Below are positions 59,115 through 64,000 of a stretch of 64,000 bases of DNA, in pieces. The position numbers and the translations under genes are program-made. Origin of the DNA: an uncultured Gammaproteobacteria bacterium (GTDB taxonomy: Bacteria > Patescibacteriota > Patescibacteriia > Magasanikbacterales > UBA922). The number at the start of each line of letters is the position of its first letter. The stretch's first letter is position 1. Where the stretch lies: assembly GCA_964597575.1 (NCBI GenBank), contig CAZQXB010000002.1:5624-69623 (forward strand), read 5' to 3'. The notes under the pieces are model-generated. The model was given only the letters and a program-made list of their open reading frames with translations, ran no database searches and was not told the DNA's origin.

Positions 59115-59175
59115 AAAACCACCTTAGCTCACCGAGTAGAAAATTATTTTTCTTTTTGGTGAGGGTGGTTTTTTA
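59115..59175 (+). terminator. rho-independent terminator
   Basis: AAAAAACCACC..CTCACC / GGTGAG-GGTGGTTTTTT long hairpin. Confidence 0.6.
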
Positions 59176-59335
59176 TTTTCTAAAATATTTTTTAATTATT
59201 CGATCATTTTTTCTAAAAATAATTTTAAAATCCTACTTACCCACAACGCTGTAACAAAAAAATCGTTGACATGCAGTGAGTGAGAGACTAGTCTACCTGT
59301 AAGGGTTACAGCGATTTGTGTTCTGTATCAATTAT

Positions 59336-61492
59336 ATGCAAACACGGTCCGCCCCACGGGCAGCGCACACAACCGAACTCCGAAAATTTCGCACTATTCG
59401 CTGCGGTGTAAAAAGATCTCTTTCTGCACTGCGGATACTAGCCCTTGTTCTTTTTGCTCTTTTTCTTCCTGCCGCAAGTTTTTTCCTCTATCTCTTTATC
59501 ACTCTCCCAGATCCGACGCTCTACATCATGACCGCGGCTCCGAAGTCCACTCACATCCTTGACCGTCATGGAACACTGCTTTATGAAGTACATGGCGATG
59601 TAAAACGCACTCCGGTTCCTTTAGAAGACATTCCATCATACGTCAAAAATGCTACCATTGCCATTGAAGATAAAGAATTCTACTCGCATCCTGGTTTTAA
59701 AATAACCTCTATCATACGAGCCATGCTCGTTAATTTTCGTCATGGAGAAATTCGCCAAGGAGCAAGCACGATTACGCAACAAATGGCCCGCATGGCGCTC
59801 CTTGATCAAAGCCCCACGTACACCAGAAAAATAAAGGAACTTGTTTTGGCCGTAAAAATTGAACTTCGTTACACTAAGGATGAAATTTTGGAAATGTACT
59901 TGAACAATGCTCCCTACGGGGGAAATGCGTATGGTATTGAGGCTGCCAGTGATTCGTACTTTAAAAAACACGTTCACGATCTCACTCTCCTCGAATCAGC
60001 CTACTTAGCTGCACTTCCCAAAGCCCCAAGTGACTATTCACCCTACGGGCCAAATGCAGAAACCTTGAAAAAAAGAGCTCACGAAGTTCTCCGAACCATG
60101 GAGGCAGAAAAGTACATCTATTCCATTGAAAAAGAAGCTGCCCTTCGGGATGAGCCTCTGGTATTTCTTCAGCCAAAAGCGGAAATTCATGCGCCTCATT
60201 TTGTTTTTTATGTTATTGACACCCTTATCAAACGTTACGGCGAACATACGGTTCGAAACGGCGGGCTGTTTGTTCGAACCACCCTCGATCTCCCTCTTCA
60301 AGAAAAGGCAGAATCAATTATTGCTGAGCGCGGCCTTGAAAATGAAAAAAAATACGGCGCAGGAAATGCGTCTCTTGTAGCCCTCGACTCAAAAAATGGT
60401 GAGATTCTTGCAATGGTTGGCAGTCGAGATTACTTTCGAGAAGAAGATGGGGCCGTGAATGTGGCTCTTCAGCCGAGGCAGCCTGGTTCTTCTTTTAAAC
60501 CCTATGTGTATGCGACGGCCTTTATGCATGGGCAGAGTCCCGCGAGCATGATTCTTGATGTCGAAACAAACTTCGCAAGTGATAATCACGGTATTCCCTA
60601 TATCCCTCATAACTATACTGGCCGAAACTATGGCCCGGTCTCCATTCGCCAAGCCTTAGCCGGATCTTTAAATGTTCCCGCGGTCAAAGTCCTTCTTTTA
60701 TCCGGAATCAACAATGCCATCGACACCGCAGAACAACTCGGCATTACAACACTGAAAGAAAGAAAACGATTTGGACCTGCACTTGTTCTTGGGGGTGCCG
60801 AGGTAACACTTCTTGAACACACGGCCGGTATTGGTACATTTGGAACGGGTGGGAAGCGACAGCCGACCACCCCTATTCTCTCCATCACAAAGGATTCTGG
60901 TGAGATAGTCTATGAAAAACAGGAAAGCCCGGGTCTCCAAGCAATTGATCCGCAAGTAGCTTACCTTATTACTGATATTCTTTCCGACACCAATGCCCGA
61001 CAATTTATTTTCGGTCTTGGAAAAAACCTTCGTCTCCCTGATCGACCCGTGGCAGTAAAAACAGGGACGACTCAGCAATTTCGTGATGCTTGGACTGTCG
61101 GATACACCCCGAGCCTCGCTGTTGGAGTGTGGGTCGGAAACAATGACAATAGCCCTATGAAAGAAGGAGCCGACGGGTCAGTCGTTGCAGCGCCGATCTG
61201 GAACTCATTTATGGTTGCCGCCCTTGAAAACACTCCGCCAGAACCATTCGTACGTCCGGCTGGAATTGTTGAACTCACCGTTGACGCGGTTTCGGGAAAA
61301 CTACCGACCAAGTACACTCCTTTCACCAAAAAAGAAATCTTTGCTTCGTTTAATGCACCAAAAGACAGTGACGATGTTCACGTACCCTCAAATCTGGCCG
61401 ATTCTCGCGTGGTCATTATGCGACTCCGCTCCGAAAAACCAGACGACCCCCTCTGGGAGGGGGCCGTACGGCGCTGGATAGAATCCTTCTAA
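59336..61492 (+). CDS. class A penicillin-binding protein (transglycosylase + transpeptidase), PBP1A-like
   Basis: GT51 motifs (EDKEFYSHPG, RQGASTITQQ), transpeptidase SxxK-like (GSSFKP), SLN and KTGT. ORF track starts at the GTG 59318; the ATG at 59336 is preferred. Confidence 0.9.
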   Translation: MQTRSAPRAAHTTELRKFRTIRCGVKRSLSALRILALVLFALFLPAASFFLYLFITLPDPTLYIMTAAPKSTHILDRHGTLLYEVHGDVKRTPVPLEDIPSYVKNATIAIEDKEFYSHPGFKITSIIRAMLVNFRHGEIRQGASTITQQMARMALLDQSPTYTRKIKELVLAVKIELRYTKDEILEMYLNNAPYGGNAYGIEAASDSYFKKHVHDLTLLESAYLAALPKAPSDYSPYGPNAETLKKRAHEVLRTMEAEKYIYSIEKEAALRDEPLVFLQPKAEIHAPHFVFYVIDTLIKRYGEHTVRNGGLFVRTTLDLPLQEKAESIIAERGLENEKKYGAGNASLVALDSKNGEILAMVGSRDYFREEDGAVNVALQPRQPGSSFKPYVYATAFMHGQSPASMILDVETNFASDNHGIPYIPHNYTGRNYGPVSIRQALAGSLNVPAVKVLLLSGINNAIDTAEQLGITTLKERKRFGPALVLGGAEVTLLEHTAGIGTFGTGGKRQPTTPILSITKDSGEIVYEKQESPGLQAIDPQVAYLITDILSDTNARQFIFGLGKNLRLPDRPVAVKTGTTQQFRDAWTVGYTPSLAVGVWVGNNDNSPMKEGADGSVVAAPIWNSFMVAALENTPPEPFVRPAGIVELTVDAVSGKLPTKYTPFTKKEIFASFNAPKDSDDVHVPSNLADSRVVIMRLRSEKPDDPLWEGAVRRWIESF

Positions 61493-61507
61493 ACTATTTT
61501 GAGAAAA

Positions 61508-62512
61508 TTACGACACGATAAAATCTCCATGCTCGTATATTCGTTGACCGTCGGCGGTGATCGTTTCAATATCAACGAAAATATCAACATGGTAGCGTCC
61601 GTCTTTTCGATTCAACCCGGGTTTTTTGTAGACCCCGTGCTTCGCCCCAAGCGAGATGTGCATCCCCTTTTGACGTTCAAAAGCGGTAATATCGTTTACA
61701 ATATAATTTTTTCCCATCGCGGGATTAAGCCCTAAACCAAACTCTCGCACCCAAAGTTCTTCTTCGCTTTTTACTAAATCAAGAATCTTCTGAAATTCTT
61801 CTGGTGCGTCTGGTGCTGAAAAAATCCCATTCACAATAAAGGCCTTAAACGGCGGCACAATTCGCACTTTATGATCGTCGGCAGCGTACCCAAAAATCAT
61901 GGCTTCGCCATTTGTGCGTGTTAGGTCTTTTGCCTCACTAAATACCTCCCCAATCGGGTAGGTACCACCCACATTTTTCATGCCACTGTAATCGCCGATA
62001 TTCAATTTTGATTCTTCCATGCCACCGCTATAGGTAAGGGTTGTGCCGGCACAATTCACCACAATCTCGTTCGTACGATCAATCACCTTCTTTAACCCGT
62101 GACCGTACGTATGATAGTACGCTGAATCGTACGCCAAAGAATCAATGTAGCGCTCAAACTGATCTTCATTCAGACGAAGAAGATGAAGGTGCTCGATTGT
62201 TTTCAAATCACGATTAAATAACTCGATGCGTAAGCGAAACTCATTTAGGCGAAAATTTGTTGATTGAAGTACCACCACTAAGTCCTTTGGTTTTAAGGCG
62301 CTAATTCGTGCCAAAATCTCCTCGGGAGTATGAGCATGGAAATCCATAAACTCCCCTTGAGGAAGCGCGTTTCGGTACCCCGCAAGAATAATTTGAGTAA
62401 GCGGCGCATCAGTATCATAAATCACAAGAGCGTGCTCCGACGGCTCGAGGCGAATTGCTTGGCTGATAATATCTTTAAGATGTTTTGTTGCGAGAGAAAT
62501 AAGGTCAGTCAT
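61508..62512 (-). CDS. M29-family aminopeptidase (AmpS/aminopeptidase T-like)
   Basis: YPIGEVFSEA, MHISLGAKHG and YHVDIFVDIETITADG parallel the AmpT motifs EEVFTAP, SHIAFGQAY and VHVDWMIGSEEVDVDG. Confidence 0.6.
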   Translation of the reverse strand: MTDLISLATKHLKDIISQAIRLEPSEHALVIYDTDAPLTQIILAGYRNALPQGEFMDFHAHTPEEILARISALKPKDLVVVLQSTNFRLNEFRLRIELFNRDLKTIEHLHLLRLNEDQFERYIDSLAYDSAYYHTYGHGLKKVIDRTNEIVVNCAGTTLTYSGGMEESKLNIGDYSGMKNVGGTYPIGEVFSEAKDLTRTNGEAMIFGYAADDHKVRIVPPFKAFIVNGIFSAPDAPEEFQKILDLVKSEEELWVREFGLGLNPAMGKNYIVNDITAFERQKGMHISLGAKHGVYKKPGLNRKDGRYHVDIFVDIETITADGQRIYEHGDFIVS

Positions 62513-62560
62513 ATGAAAAGAGACTACCACAAAGAGCGGGAAAATCAAGAGGCATCCCTT

Positions 62561-63103
62561 TTAACGCACAAAACACATCCGGCACGTTGGCTCGTACGTA
62601 AACGTGCCATCGTCTGGGATAACCGTAGGAATCCCTTCAGTCACAGCAATCTTATTATTATAAATCTGTGTCTGTGTGGCAGAATAGCCTTTGCACAAAT
62701 GACATACGGCTCGTTTATAGCGCACCTCGCGCGGACCGAGCTCAAAGAGCTTGTGTACAATTTCAAATAAATGTCCGCGATAGTCCATGTCGAGCCCAGA
62801 AACCACGACATCTGTCCCCCGTGTAAGAAGGTCGTGAATATACACGGTATCGAGCGGATCAAACATGTGAATCTCGTCTATTCCGACAACCGACCATTTT
62901 TCATCCAAGGCTTCGCGGATTGAGGAGATCTTCTTGGCTTCAATAAATAACCCACTCCGCGATTCAATTTTCTCATCTCGTACATTCCGCTTCGGCTGAT
63001 AAAGTGCATACTTCGAAGTCGTATACTGAAGTGGCGAAAAGTAACTAATCAGGTCAAATGATTTTCCACTTTTCATGGGACCTAAAATGAGAGTGAGATT
63101 CAT
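62561..63103 (-). CDS. tdk: thymidine kinase
   Basis: GPMKSGKS P-loop, and a C-terminal Zn ribbon CHLC...CRMC. Confidence 0.9.
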   Translation of the reverse strand: MNLTLILGPMKSGKSFDLISYFSPLQYTTSKYALYQPKRNVRDEKIESRSGLFIEAKKISSIREALDEKWSVVGIDEIHMFDPLDTVYIHDLLTRGTDVVVSGLDMDYRGHLFEIVHKLFELGPREVRYKRAVCHLCKGYSATQTQIYNNKIAVTEGIPTVIPDDGTFTYEPTCRMCFVR

Positions 63104-63154
63104 ACAAGCATAAAAGAATCGCCCCAAAACTATGCCATAGATACGAAAAAGTGT

Positions 63155-63652
63155 CTATAATTTGGCATCTTTCATGATCATACTGAGCGTATCCTCTAAC
63201 GAAAATGTTTGAGGGATAATTTTTTCTCCAGCAAAATGAGTAAAATCTTTTTCTCGATACCATGTTTTCATTTCTTTCTCACCAAACTCGTGTTTATTTG
63301 GTTTTGTGGCGTGGCGTTTCAGGGTTTCTTCAAAAGAAATTTCAAAATAGTACACGTAGTGTTCCGGACACTTCTCTATTAAGAGCTGAAGCATAGGGCC
63401 GTACTGCTTCATACTTAAAATACCTTCCAAAAGCACATCGTAGCCATGAGCTAAAGCAAACTCGACAACCTGTAAAATCAACGTATCATTTATAGCACCT
63501 TCTGACACCTTTTCATTTAAAATATGTCTCCGAATAACATCTTGCTCAACAATCGCAATTTTTCGACTGCTCAGCTCACGAAGTCTTCTTACTACAGTGG
63601 TCTTGCCTGAACCAGAATTTCCTCTAATGATAATAAGTTTTGATGGATACAT
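63155..63652 (-). CDS. P-loop kinase-like protein (AAA_33-like small NTPase)
   Basis: IIRGNSGSGKTT Walker A; about 166 aa. Confidence 0.5.
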   Translation of the reverse strand: MYPSKLIIIRGNSGSGKTTVVRRLRELSSRKIAIVEQDVIRRHILNEKVSEGAINDTLILQVVEFALAHGYDVLLEGILSMKQYGPMLQLLIEKCPEHYVYYFEISFEETLKRHATKPNKHEFGEKEMKTWYREKDFTHFAGEKIIPQTFSLEDTLSMIMKDAKL

Positions 63653-63665
63653 ACCATGGAAAAAC

Positions 63666-63971
63666 TTAATACCAAATTGTTCTCGTACGATGATATGGTA
63701 GATCATCCGGGGATTTTGTCTGCCCACGGAACCAAAAAATATTATCGGCCTCTTTGGCAGTAATGTCTGGGTACACTTTTTTTAATTCCCTCGTCACAAG
63801 TTCTACAGCCCAAATTGTGTGGGCACGAATTTCCACTTCCTCTTCACTCCCACTTTGGACTTCTTTTTTTGAATCTACCTTATTTGCCAACGCTTCGCCG
63901 TACAGAAGTATGCCAGCTTTGCGCAAAAGTTGCGGCACTTTGTAATCCGCAAAGGCGGTGAGGTTTTCCAT
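63666..63971 (-). CDS. hypothetical protein (may extend beyond window end)
   Basis: 101-aa ORF. No motif recognised. Confidence 0.35.
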   Translation of the reverse strand: MENLTAFADYKVPQLLRKAGILLYGEALANKVDSKKEVQSGSEEEVEIRAHTIWAVELVTRELKKVYPDITAKEADNIFWFRGQTKSPDDLPYHRTRTIWY

Positions 63972-64000
63972 ACCTGTTACTTTTTCCCGAATTACCCCTA

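Overview
This 64 kb window looks like a compact, gene-dense chromosome segment from a low-GC (~45%) bacterium with the standard genetic code. Most genes sit on the minus strand with short gaps or 4-bp overlaps. The backbone resembles a CPR/Patescibacteria-type episymbiont: very large envelope proteins and a fermentative energy module. Housekeeping genes recognised from the translations are rsmA/ksgA, prfB (RF2), groES-groEL, yidC, nusA, typA/bipA, rlmN, tsf, rpsB, uvrA, rplS, greA, a class-A PBP, tdk, an ECF sigma/anti-sigma pair, a MarR–ABC exporter operon, and an ADP-forming acetyl-CoA synthetase plus 2-oxoacid:ferredoxin oxidoreductase operon. Many promoters are unusually clean TTGACA-N17-TAtAaT sigma-70 sites, and most operons end in clear hairpin terminators. 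The most striking part of the window is four GC-rich (~55-65%) single-gene islands dropped into intergenic gaps of the AT-rich backbone: 4.1-4.7 kb, 26.8-27.8 kb, 43.1-44.0 kb and 47.8-48.3 kb. Each has its own start signals and terminator. The first is flanked by perfect 14-bp inverted repeats and sits between a 3042-aa Cys-rich secreted protein and a 1030-aa polytopic membrane/coiled-coil protein. Its product is a Cys-rich lipoprotein. The second island encodes a protein with the motif set of a 2OG-Fe(II) oxygenase. The other two encode a coiled-coil protein and a small membrane-anchored protein. Two GC-rich, apparently non-coding structured elements are also present. One is a ~440-nt RNA downstream of greA carrying an exact 16-nt match to the conserved RNase P RNA 3' motif. 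The other is a ~96-nt cloverleaf-like element between the O-antigen-ligase gene and the groES promoter. No rRNA, tRNA, CRISPR array or recognisable transposase was seen. All calls are from reading the sequence by eye; none is confirmed by a database search.
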